Assembly (NCBI GenBank): GCA_964016885.1
Contig: OZ024756.1
Location: 15,996,001-16,060,000 of the forward strand
DNA: 64,000 nucleotides
Source of the DNA: Eledone cirrhosa
Taxonomy: Eukaryota
Reading direction: 5' to 3'
The position numbers were made by a program, and so were the translations under genes. Below the pieces are notes generated by a model. It worked only from the letters and a program-made list of their open reading frames with translations. It ran no database searches and had not been told where the DNA came from. This document shows positions 41,246 through 52,629 of this stretch, one piece after another (within the stretch, counting starts at the first letter, position 1; the number at the start of each line of letters is the position of its first letter).

Positions 41246-41808
41246 TTTTGGTGTCTTGGGTTACTGAATTATCTCCCTATTTAGGGTGATTGGAATGAAG
41301 AGTGTACAGAGCTATAGCAGATTTCACTGGTTTACACAGTGGATGGTCTTATGTGGCATCCCCTGTGTGTCCCAGTGCTTGTTCAGCATGCCCCTCAGTG
41401 AATTGATGACATGCAACAATCATCAGTTTAATTAGATGACCTCAGTGTCGGAACTCCTGTGACTTTGCAGATGATTAACTATTAATTCAACAATGGGTTA
41501 GTACAACTACTCCAGTTAACGGAGAAATCTACGAGCATACAGGTGTAGCGAGCTGCATATATTCTAGCCATTAGAAAAAAGCAAAATGAATGCTTTAAAT
41601 TTGAAAGAGGGATGACTCAGAAAGAAGAAGAAGAAGAAGAAGAAGAAGAAGAAGAAGAGGGAATGAAGATGGCTATCAGCAAGAACGAGCCTTGCATGTT
41701 GGAGAAGTGTTCATTTAATGCTTCTCCTTTGCTATCCTCTAAGGTAACACAATCATAATTCTGTCTGTTGGGACCATGAAGTAACATCTATCTATTAAAT
41801 GGTTAATA

Positions 41809-44800
41809 ACCCTCTGTCAAACCCATAAACCGCGTCCTACTAAAAAGCTTTCCCCCTCCCCTTCCCCAACACAAATCCAAACACCCCAACCCCACCACAC
41901 ACTGACGACCCCACACCACCACAAGACACCCCTTCACCCAACACCCCCGACCCCATGGAAGCCGTGCGACCCGAACCCTGGGAAGCGGAAAGGTAGGTCT
42001 CTACACTCTCCTTTGGCTCTGCCGCCCACATGGATGTGTTAAGAGTACGATGTTTAAATGCACGTGGCCTGGGCTCAACTTGGAAGCAAGCAAAGCTTCT
42101 AAATGACCTCAGGTCATGTGGTATAAATGTAATGGTTATCTGTGAGACTCGGATCAGCGTCGTGCGGCAGCTGACCCCTACCTTCGATGACTTTGAGGTG
42201 CATGCATCTCTCTGTCAACCTGGAGGTGGGGGTGGGGTTGTCGTACTGCTGCAAAAACACCTGGGTCTTGCCGTACAGGCTGTGCACTCGGACCCGGAGG
42301 GTTGTTTGTTGGTGCTAGACGTTGGCAGTAGTGAAGGTGCGGCCTTGAGACTGGTCGCCGTCTACTCCCCTTTCGGAGCTGAACGGCCCGACTTCTTCCA
42401 GCGTTTAGAGACTTTTCTGGGAACGTTCCCTGCTTCTAGCGGGGGATTGGAATGACATCCTAGATGCACGTTGGGACTATGCAGGAGCATGTCCTAATAG
42501 AGGGGGGTGTAACAGCCTCAAGGGGTTACTCGACCGTTTTAACTTGGTTGATAGATATCGACTAGATTTTTCCAACTGTGCCTACCTGGACTTGGAGAAA
42601 CCACAGTGGTCAATCTAGATCGTACTTAGATAGATTCTTAGTTAGAAGTAAGGATAGGGACATATTAAGCTGTCCAGAAATGCGCACTGTTGGCTACACG
42701 GATCACAAATTAGTGACCTGCGTAGTCAATCTCGAGAAAACACATAAACAGGGTCCCGGTTACTGGAAACTTAATTTGTCTTTACCGGCAAAAGAGACTT
42801 ACAGAAACCGGATTAGCAGATTAGTTAAGGAGAGGTCAACAACCGATGGTGGGCATCTCTCAAAAGAGAGATTAAAACAGAATCAATAAGTTATAGCAAG
42901 ATGTTAGCTGCCGATAGGAATAGAAACGAGAAAGAATTAACAGGTAAATTAGAAGAGGCAATCAAGAGCGAAGATGTGGCCAGAGTGCTGGCATCGAGGA
43001 CGGCCTTGAACCAGTTTTTCGATGCAAAGCACGAAGGCTGCGTCATTCGAAGTAAAATACGTGCTCTAGGTAATGAGGGGGCCAAAGCCGTTGGCTGGGC
43101 CCGCGTGACAGAAGCTAAGAGTGGAAATCGATCCACCATCCGGTCGTTGCAAGACGAAGATGGACGGGTGATCCGGGAGCCTAAGCAGATGTGCGGGGCC
43201 TTTCAAAGGCACTTTGCCCGATTGTTCGGGGGAGGCGAGGGTCCGGGCGGGGACGTGGATTTCGGTCCATACCTCGACGGCCTGCCGCGTCTCTCGAGCG
43301 AAGAGGCAGAGTCCTGCGAGGGACCAATCTCGGATGATGAGATCGGAGATGCGCTGAGCCAATGCAGCAGACGCAAATCTCCAGGTCTGATGGTATACCT
43401 TACAAACTTTATTTAGCAATGCCAGTCTTCTTCTCCGAACTCCTCGAAGCGGTCTACTGCAATTGGCAGCAGAACGGGAGAATTCCTTGTTCTGTAGCCA
43501 AGGGCGTAGTCACGCTGGTGAGGAAGGACGAGAACAAGGGAGATAGTATAAATAATTTTCGGCCCATAACCCTACTAAACACAGAGTTAAAGATTTTGGC
43601 CAAGGTGTTAGCAAAGAGGTTGGCGCTTGTCGTGGGTAGCCTGGTGGGAGATGCGCAGACATGTGCTATCCCATCCAGGTCCATTCACGATAACCTCCAC
43701 CTCATGCGATACATCATAGAGAGGGTTGGCAACAAACCCGGCTTCGGTGTGGCCCTGATCAACTTGGATCAGTCTAAGGCCTTCGATAGGGTCGACCATG
43801 GTTACCTGGATGCGGTGCTAGCTGCGGCTGGGTTCGGTCCTGTTTTCAGAGGCTGGATCACTGCCTTACATAGCAACCACATCTATTCTAGGATCAAGGT
43901 GAACGGCACCTTTCGAAGCCGTTCGAAATCACACGATCCATTCGACAGGGGTGCCCTCTCTCCTCCCTTCTGTACGTATTGACTCTCGAGCCTTTACTGA
44001 GGAAGTTGGAGTTGTTGCAGGGTATCCCCCTGGAACCAGGATTGAGCAAAGCGGTGTCGGCCTACGCCGATGACGTAACAGTAATGGTATCGACCGACTC
44101 GGAGATCGAGGCGATCGGTACCTTACTGGAGGATTACGAAAGGTTGTCAGGAGCGAAACTGAACCGGGAAAAATCCATCGGGCTGCAACTCGGAACGTGG
44201 AGAGGCAGACCGATGCCTCCCGACGGTGTCGTCGGACACTGGATGGAGGGCCCGGTAAAGTTGCTTGGGGTCTGGTTTGGACCGGACCTCCAGGTGGAAA
44301 AGAACTGGAACGAGGTTACGAACAAGGTGTTTGCACTAACCCAGAAATGGGCCAAGTGTAAGCTGTCCCTAAAAGGCCGGGCGGAGGTGGCGAACATTTA
44401 CATAGCGTCCGTCACTTACTACCGCCTGACTGTCGTGCCTTGCCCTAAGGAAACACTCACCACCATGGAACGCATGCTCTTCCAATTTCTTTGGAAGAAG
44501 CGCCCTCCTATGGTGAGAAGATCCATCTGCTGCCAACAACCTTCGAAAGGAGGGCTGGGGATGCCGTGGTTGATGATGCGTAGGCACGCATTAAGGCTAC
44601 GGCACCTACAGGTATTCCTCACTGGTCAACCGGTGTGGGCTCCGTTCGTGAAACGAGCCTTTCCGAGACTCGTCTCGCTCACCGAGCTACAGTCCTGGGT
44701 CAAGCAAAGATCCGGAAAACTGGGAGACTGGCACACTGAGTGTGCTCAGGTGCTCAGGGCTCTCTGGCAAGCGGGCCAGGTCATCGGTGGAGAATCCACC

Positions 44801-45129
44801 TCATCATTCTATAGAGGACTGGTGGCTAGCAGGGGCGATGACACCCTTGGAGAGTCGCTGGACATGGAAGAAGACGAACTGGCCAGCCTGTTCGGTAGGA
44901 CTTTCGGCCCAGGACCAATGGACAACTTCCAGAAGTCACTGGCCTGGCAGTGCTACCGAGGGGCTCTACCCGTTCGAGAGAGGCTCTACAGACAACCCCC
45001 ATCACGTCCCCTCCCTTTTGAGGTTATTTTCGATTATTTTCATTTTATACCCTTTTTACTCGATTGTATGTAAACTCCCCCTTTGTATTTGTCCCTTCTT
45101 TTTATGCCTTTATGGTAAATAAAGAAATA
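41809..45129 (+). mobile_element. Tx1/L1-clade LINE, 5'-truncated and frameshifted, with 20-bp TSD
   Basis: APE motifs RCLNARGL, ICETR, YLDRFL, TDHKLV, GPGYWKLN; RT motifs FRPITLLN, LDQSKAFDRV, SAYADD, LLGVWF; AATAAA at 45118; TSD tatctattaaatggttaata at 41789-41808 and 45130-45149. Confidence 0.93.
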
Positions 45130-45385
45130 TATCTATTAAATGGTTAATACTTCACAAACATATTTAATTATTAGAGCTCTATTTCCAAATATTATAACAT
45201 GAAGATAGGGAAATAAAAACTGTCAAATATAGCTCAAAATGTTAACAGGAGGGTAATGAATTAAAAACAGTCAATTATATTTGAAAGTGTTAACGCAAGG
45301 GTATCGAAATCGAAAGTAAAGTATGTCAAATATATTTCAAAATGTTAATGCGGGGGGTAATGAATTAAAAATTATGTCAAATATA

Positions 45386-45684
45386 CAGTAGTCGCCTCTG
45401 TAATCGCGGATGGTTATATTCCTAGAGAACCACTGAATATTGGACGTGGTCCATAAAAATGCTTATAGACGTCAAAACATAACATAGAATATAGACTGGC
45501 AAATACGTTATATTGTTATTAATAATTTAGTGTTAAAGAGCATGAAAAAATATGTATTGCCATGAAAAAAGCCATAAAAAACTCACAGAAGATATTTATG
45601 ATTCCACAAATATGAGGTGGTTTTCACGAACAATTATTAGTTAGGTTCTAAGAAAAATAATCCATGAATGCCGGGAGTAGCCTG
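45386..45684. mobile_element. Tigger/pogo-like MITE inserted at TA within a degenerate ~55-bp tandem repeat
   Basis: TA-cagtagtcgcctc...gggagtagcctg-TA; removing it rejoins gtcaaatata/tttcaaagtgttaatg, the local repeat unit. Confidence 0.65.
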
Positions 45685-45889
45685 TATTTCAAAGTGTTAA
45701 TGAGAGGGTATCGAAATGGAAAGTATGTCAAAAGTGCCCAGTTTTCACCCTCCTCCATTTCACTCCCAAACTTTTTTCTTTCTTCTTTTTGTTATTCAAC
45801 AATGTTAAGTCCTTCTCCTGGAGAAGAATGCACCACCTGGCATAAGTTACTAATGATATCAGAATAAACAACAAGACGAAAAAAGAAAT

Positions 45890-47435
45890 ATAGGGGGATT
45901 GGAGAGGGAGGGCATGCAGGCTAAAGCACATATCTGTTAAATGAAGGTTCAGAAAGAGGAAGAGTTAGATACAAATAACATGGAGGACAACTGGAAGTTG
46001 CTATGTGACGACCTACTACAGGCTACAAATGAGACTTGTGGCTTCAGCAAAGCACCAACCTGACAGAGGATGACCTAATGGTGGAACAGCACCCTGGTTA
46101 GAGTCATTAAATCCAAGAGACAGGCATGGAAAGACTGGGAAAATGGAGATATAAAGATGGTTTGGTCCTTATAGCCAAATCGATTAAAGAACTAGAAAAT
46201 AAGTTCAGACTATCGAAACGGAATTTGGAATAAAAAGGTCTGAGAGTAAATTTAGCCAAAACATAAGTGCTTGTGAGTAGGAAAGAAGATAAGACCCTGA
46301 TCCCTTCAGGGAAGTGGCCATGTTCATCATCATCATCATCATCATTTTACGTTCGCTTTTCCTTGTTTGCAAGGGTGGAACAGAAGCCGATTCTGGCTTG
46401 ATTTCTACAGCTGGATGCCCTTCCTAACACAAACCTCATTTACAGTGAGTGCTGGGTGCTTTTTTTTGTGGCGCCTACATGTCCACTTTACAGTGTGGGC
46501 TGGGTGATTTTTTGCTGTGGCACCTCCACGACCACTTTGCAGTGGAATGATAGGGACCCCAGTCCTATCATCTCATTTCTACAGCTGAGTTAACTGGAGC
46601 AATGTGAGATAAAGTGTCTTGCTCAAGGAAACAACACATCACCCGGTCTGAGAAAAATGTAGAAAAGGAATAGGCATAAACTCCATACGGTGTACACAAT
46701 GTAAATCTTGGGTATACAAGAGATGTAGTGGGATAATGGGTAGACAAACAGGAAGGGAAGGCTTTTTATGCACAGGAGAAATTGAGAGGAAGACTGCTAA
46801 TGATATAAACCTTTTTCAGTCACAGGAAGGGTCATAGAAATTGTTGATAGCTTCTGCAATCTAGGTGACTTAATTAAGTGGAGGAGGTTGCTCTGAGAAT
46901 ATAATAGCTAGAATAAGGATAGGATAGAAGGAATTTAGAGAGCTACTCCTACTGTTTAACACAAAAGGTTTCTCCCTACATACAAAATGATGACTGTATG
47001 ACACCTGTGTGCAAAGTGTGATGCTGCATTGTAGTGAAACATGGGCGGTGACTGTAGAGGACATGCATAGAATGGAGAGAAATGAAGCAACTATGCTTCG
47101 TTGGATGTGCAATATGAATGTGAGAGAAAGGTAGAGCTGAGGGAAAAGCTGGGTTTCAGAAGAATCTAAGGTGGTGGGCAGGAGAAAAGACTGTGTTGGT
47201 ATGGACATGTGATGCACTTGAATGATAAGTGATGGGTGAAGAAGTGTCAGGAAATGCCAGTGAATGGACACCGCAGTAGAGGTAGACCAAGAATGACCTG
47301 GGCAGAGGTGCTGAGAGCCTGAACTCAAATCGCTGAGACTCACAGAGATGATGAAGAAATGCAGTAAGTGAAAAGATGCTGAGCTGAAAAGGACTCATCC
47401 AAGCCATGTAAGCATGGAAAATTGATGATGATGAT
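45890..47435 (+). mobile_element. Degenerate, internally deleted RTE LINE interrupted by a SINE
   Basis: Remnants of WWN, GLRVNLAKT, SGKWPCS, WVYKRCSG and RGRPRMTW; (gat)n tail; many stops. Confidence 0.8.
46324..46653 (-). mobile_element. 5'-truncated CORE-SINE nested in the PHD-coding part of an RTE
   Basis: Matches 9072-9407 without the tRNA head. Confidence 0.85.
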
Positions 47436-47874
47436 TATATGTGTAAGTGTATTTATATATATACATACACACATATATAACGAATAGCTGTAGCTGTGTG
47501 TGCATTGCATGGGTGGGTGTACTGGTGTATGTGTAGATATATGTACACAATAATTTCATTATTATTATTATTATTATATATTACATTACGCTTTCATAGT
47601 GAGATAAAATATGGAGTAGGGTAGATAACTCTGTAAGACGGAGCGGTTTTTTTTAATGAAGAGTGAAGCACGATATATCTGAGGAAATAAATAATAATAA
47701 TAATGAAATATTGTGTACAGTGCTCAGGTGCACTACAACTCATCAAAAAGTGTATGTATAGTACATAGGGTAATGTACAAACGTCAGGAAAATGAACAGT
47801 GCATGTTTCGCCTTTTACTAAAGATAAAAAAATATAGAGAGCTCTCTAGAAATAGTTGGCAGCTCCAATGGATA

Positions 47875-48660
47875 TTGTAGTAGTGTACATGGTAGATGTG
47901 TAATAGTAGTTGTATGATGTGTAGTAGTAGTGTACATGGTAGATGTGTAATAGTAGTTGTATGATGTGTAGTAGTAGTGTACATGGTAGATGTGTAATAG
48001 TAGTGTGTATGATGTGTAGTAGTAGTGTACATGGTAGATGTGTAATAGTAGTGTGTATGATGTGTAGTAGTAGTGTACATGGTAGATGTGTAATAGTAGT
48101 GTGTATGATAGATGTGTAGTAGTAGTGTGTATGATAGATGTGTAGTAGTAGTGTGTATGATAGATGTGTAATAGTAGTGTGTATGATAGATGTGTAATAG
48201 TAGTGTGTATGATAGATGTGTAATAGTAGTGTGTATGATAGATGTGTAATAGTAGTGTGTATGATAGATGTGTAATAGTAGTGTGTATGATAGATGTGTA
48301 ATAGTAGTGTGTATGATAGATGTGTAATATATGTGTAATAGTAGTGTGTATGATAGATGTGTAATAGTCGTGTGTATGATAGATGTGTAATAGTCGTGTG
48401 TATGATAGATGTGTAATAGTAGTGTGTATGATAGATGTGTAATAGTAGTGTGTATGATAGATGTGTAATATATGTGTAATAGTAGTGTGTATGATAGATG
48501 AATAATAGATGTGTAATAGTAGTGTGTATGATAGATGTGTAATAGTAGTGTGTATGATAGATGTGTAATAGTAGTGTGTATGATAGATGTGTAATAGTAG
48601 TGTGTATGATATATGTGTAATAGTAGTGTGTATGATAGATGTGTAATATATGTGTAGTAG
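47875..48660. repeat. 26-40 bp minisatellite (atagtagtgtgtatgatagatgtgta)
   Basis: Directly visible. Confidence 0.93.
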
Positions 48661-48661
48661 T

Positions 48662-49280
48662 CATGTGTATGCTAAATTCCTTGCTATAGTCATTGCTAAT
48701 CCTAACTTTGCTGACTGCTCCCCTATACATGGTTTGTACAGCTTTCACAAGCCATTCATCTACTCCTAGTTTTCTAAGAGCCCACCAGATTACAGCATGT
48801 GGAACTCTGTCAAAGGCTTTCTCGAGATCAACGAATGCCAGGTAGAGTGGCTTACTTTTAGCTATGTACTTTTCCTATAACTGCCTCACAAGGAAGAGGG
48901 CATCAGTGGTTCCTCTTCCTGGTACAAACCCAAATTGCATCTCATCTAGTTTCACCCGGTCCCTAATCAACTGTGCTATAACTCTTTCTGTTACTTTCAT
49001 GACCTGGTCCATCAGCTTTATACCTCTATAGTTTCCTCTACCTAGTGCATCACCTTTACCTTTGTAGCAGTTGACAATTATAGTGTGACCTACTGACCCA
49101 GATGCCTTTAGCATCTCGGCAGCTATACCCGATGGACCGGTTGCCTTCTCCATCTTCATATCTTTGATTGCCTTACTTACTACGCTGCTGCTGACTTGTA
49201 CTGCTGGCCCCTCTATAGGGTCTACTTGGGGTAGAGTCTCTTCTTCCCATGCATTCTCCTCATTTAGTAATCTATCATAA
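48662..49280 (-). mobile_element. RTE LINE RT fragment (family C)
   Basis: Near-identical to 16885-17560, with one internal deletion. Confidence 0.9.
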
Positions 49281-49425
49281 TATATATATGTGTGTGTGTG
49301 TGTAAAAGGTAAACAGAAATAACATAATCGGTACAGTATAAGGTAGGTATATATTAGGTTAACGCTTGATATAGCAGAAAGAGGGTCGCTATCCTTCACC
49401 AGAAGAAAGAATGAGAAATAAAATA

Positions 49426-49909
49426 GTATATTTCGTTTCTGAATTTGTTTAGCAAGATTCTTTATCTGAAATCGTGTGTTGAAACCGATATTGTTATACT
49501 TTGGGAGGGTCATGTTGCCAATAAGAAACACACGCACCAGTTGCTTTCACTTCAATTTATTATATATTTATAAATTTACAAATCTACAAATTTATAAATT
49601 TCTGGTTGGTTGGTTGGTTCCACAACCAGATAGTTGTTTATATATAGTCATAGTCCTTTCGTCACACACTCTGTGACCTCTTCAGAGAAAGGAATCCCCA
49701 GTCACTGAAGAGGTCACAGAGTGTGTGACGAAAGGACTATGACTATATATAAACAACTATCTGGTTGTGGAACCAACCAACCAATCAGAAATTTATAAAT
49801 TTGTAGATTTGTAAATTTATAAATTTATAAATATATAATAAATTGAAGTGAAAGCAACTGGTGCGTGTGTTTCTTATTGGCAACATGACCCTCCCAAAGT
49901 ATAACAATA
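49426..49909. mobile_element. Penelope pLTR palindrome (~200-bp arms at 49489-49685 and 49705-49909; 19-nt spacer)
   Basis: Arms are near-perfect reverse complements; same family as the 20.5-kb and 22.5-kb pLTRs. Confidence 0.9.
49700..49744 (+). ncRNA. Minimal type I hammerhead ribozyme
   Basis: agtca-CTGAAGA-g gtcac agagtgt gtgac-GAAA GGAC TA-tgact; a mirror copy on the minus strand at 49646-49685 lacks the 5' stem I arm. Confidence 0.82.
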
Positions 49910-50002
49910 AAATAGTATATATATATATATATATATATATTGTTATACTATGCTTCAAGTGAACTATAACTTCCTCCATATATATATATATATATATAAT
50001 AT

Positions 50003-50235
50003 AAGATCAAAAGATGGTTAAAAGAGTTCCATGTATTTTATTATGCGCATTTCAAAAACAAATATCATCATGCGATGACATTTGCGTTTTCGTCAGATAA
50101 AATAGGGAGACATGATATGAAGGTTAAAAAACACTTGTGGATAGTGCAGTTTTAAATCAACATATCATGATGATATTTGTTTTTGAAATGCGCATAATAA
50201 AATACATGGAACTCTTTTAACCATCTTTTGATCTT
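50003..50235. repeat. Inverted repeat with ~70-bp arms (MITE- or pLTR-like)
   Basis: aagatcaaaagatggttaaaag...atcatcatg / catgatgatat...ccatcttttgatctt. Confidence 0.85.
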
Positions 50236-50414
50236 GATTGGCAGTATCGGTAGAGAGTCGGGCGCCATGCTTTCCAGCATAGTTACGTCCCTTTACGATC
50301 TGAGTTCAAATCCCGCCGAGGTTGACTTTGCCTTTCATCCTTACGGGGTCGATAAAATAAAGTACCAGTAATGCACTGGGTAATTGCTGGCCTTGTGCCT
50401 AAAGTAGAAACAAT
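50236..50414 (+). mobile_element. tRNA-derived SINE (Meta-like family)
   Basis: Reverse complement of the 8517-8701 family; A and B boxes present. Confidence 0.85.
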
Positions 50415-50503
50415 TATTTATACTCCAGTCCTACAAACTGTAGAGTGCTACTTATCCGATATCTGCATTGCTTTATTGTACTACAATAAAACTCACCTCC
50501 TAC

Positions 50504-50539
<36 letters not shown>

Positions 50540-50653
50540 GGAAGTTATAATTATGTCCATACCTGCATTGTTTTGGCTTTACAAATTCAAAGGTTTATAC
50601 CTCATTACATAACTATAACTTCCTTCATATAAGGAACACTTGTGATTATTTAT

Positions 50654-50693
50654 GCCCTTGAGAAGTCCAACTGGGCGAAACGTACGTAGGTGC
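50654..50693 (+). ncRNA. Degenerate hammerhead-like motif
   Basis: cttgaga-a-gtcc aact gggc-GAAAC GTAC GTA; palindromic stem III; 5' core altered. Confidence 0.45.
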
Positions 50694-51378
50694 TGTTTTA
50701 AATAAACATGTTTTAACGGTCTATTCTTCGATATTTTACTTTCCCACGTGCTTACGCTCTGCTAACTCTCTAGCCCACTAAATATTAACACTTCTAATAT
50801 TTAATACTACCGGCACTAGTATCGAGCACCTTTGGCATACGCTACTTGGCAAATAACTATATGTATCACCTATCGCCCCTTTTTTTCTCTTTTTCGATAC
50901 GTAAATACTATATATATATATAGAGAGAGAGAGAGAGAAAGTTATAGTTCACTTGAAGCATTGTGTAATGAGGTATAAACCTTTGAATTTGTAAAGCCAA
51001 AACAATGCAGGTATGGACATAGAATATATATAACGAACGCACCAGAGTACTCAATACTATTGCCTTTAAAATCGTCGAACATTACTTGTTTTTTTTAGTA
51101 GACACACATTCCGAGAATTCCATAATATCTGTCTCGAAATGAAATTTTAACCTTGATTTTATCATATACTGGCAATCTATACTGAAGGGACGGCAAAGGG
51201 CCAGACTGTATCACAATCTTCCTGTTTCGTGGGGTAGGCCCCTCCTCTGGGATGCCACATGCTGTGACACCTACAGACTCTGCTGCTCGCCAAGCCAAAG
51301 GGGGTAAACTGTCCTAGTGTCGGCAAAACGCGTAACAATGGAAATTTCCAGCATTCTTGGCCCCTGGACCACATCCCT

Positions 51379-51480
51379 AGAAGTTATTCGCCAGCACGTG
51401 CAAGCCCTGTGAGGTTGAGTGAGTGTTCCAGCACACCGTTCCACGGGGGCAATATATTCTCGATTTTATCGGCCGGGCGC
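51379..51480 (-). ncRNA. Putative degenerate HDV-like ribozyme
   Basis: P1 GCGCC/GGUGU with G1-U wobble; L3 CCCCCGU; J4/2 GGCGAA; P2 agaatata/taacttct (6 of 8 pairs); one P3 mismatch. Confidence 0.4.
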
Positions 51481-51593
51481 AGAGGCGGAGGGTAAGTTAG
51501 AAGTGGAGGGTGCTGTTTTGGACGTCATTATAATCAAGAATTGGAAGACATAAATATAAACAATTATATTAACCATATTTCTAAAGAAAAATA

Positions 51594-52047
51594 GTTTACC
51601 TCGGTGGAGTTTAAAACTCGAAACGCGTTAGAAATCCAGAACAGCCACTACCGTTTATGTTTCAATGTATCAAAACTGTAAAGGTTTATGTATTAGATAC
51701 TAACCGGTATCTACAGAAAACAATGAGTAGGTGTGGTCGGTAGTTAATATCTCGATTGGTTAATCTATGAGAGTTATCTCCCTTGCAATCCACTGTTTGT
51801 CAACTGCAGTAAAGTAAGAAAAATAAAATGCGCGCGAGAATCCAGAGCATGCGCCCCAATGAAGTTTACCTTCGCTTTTGCAACGCATTCGCATACTTTG
51901 GCCCCTAATTTCCTCGCCCCATATTCTTTATTTCCTTACGAAACCCATGATTATCAGATTAGATTGAAAGTCGTATTTTATTCTGAACTGGTTTGAACAA
52001 CAGACAAATAAACAAACGAAAGAGGCGATATATTTTCATTGGTGAGT
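51594..52047. promoter_or_regulatory. Putative bidirectional promoter with two divergent non-coding first exons
   Basis: Unique, CpG-retaining sequence; minus-strand donor gag|gtaaac at 51599; plus-strand donor ttg|gtgagt at 52042; CCAAT on both strands, GCGCGAGA (E2F-like) and GCATGCGC (NRF1-like) motifs. Confidence 0.55.
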
Positions 52048-52496
52048 GTCTTTATATATATGTGAGTGTAACAAACTTTTATTATATCGTGTCTTTCTAT
52101 CTGTCACATCTTAACAATAACAAATGATAAAGAGGGTGACAGAGACATCATTCCGGTTAGCAGTTTAGCTTAGCTTGTTCTATTTATTTTCATAGTTATG
52201 TATATATTTGTTTTTACATACTGCTCACAATTCTTTCTGAATGAACATATAAATACGACTATAAACACATATAATAAATACAATCAGCTACTGCTAGCAA
52301 CCCCACAAATATAATGCACCAAAATAAACGGCCCGGGGGCAAAAGGAAGAAAAAAAGGGGGAAACACAAACAATAATTTTCATTATATATATATATATAA
52401 AGCGAGAGAGAGATTTATATATATTTTGTGTATGTATATATATATATATAAGTTTAAGAATAATAATAACGAAGGCAAGTTATTTTACATATTTAT

Positions 52497-52629
52497 TTCA
52501 TTGTTTTTACGATCGTTTCGGAGGGTTGATCATATTGATATATTGATTTATCTATAGCAGTTATATAACTGTATACTATCAGACTTCATATATAGGTTCG
52601 ATCATACCGTCTTCTTCGGAAACAATGAA
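52497..52629 (-). ncRNA. Hammerhead-like motif with 10-bp stem I and long stem II insert (U4C variant)
   Basis: ttcattgttt-CCGAAGA-...~90 nt...-GAAAC GATC GTA-a-aaacaatgaa. Confidence 0.6.

Noticed and set aside
36597-41267. 1556-aa ORF of 16-aa repeats; possible CRISPR-like array next to an RT
   Set aside because: It is a stop-free frame of a 48-bp satellite; its start is antisense LINE sequence; there are no unique spacers and no cas genes, and the context is eukaryotic
51601-51632. gagt-ttaaa-actc-GAAACGCGTTA, resembling a hammerhead 3' half
   Set aside because: No CUGANGA box or stem I; lies in putative exon/promoter sequence
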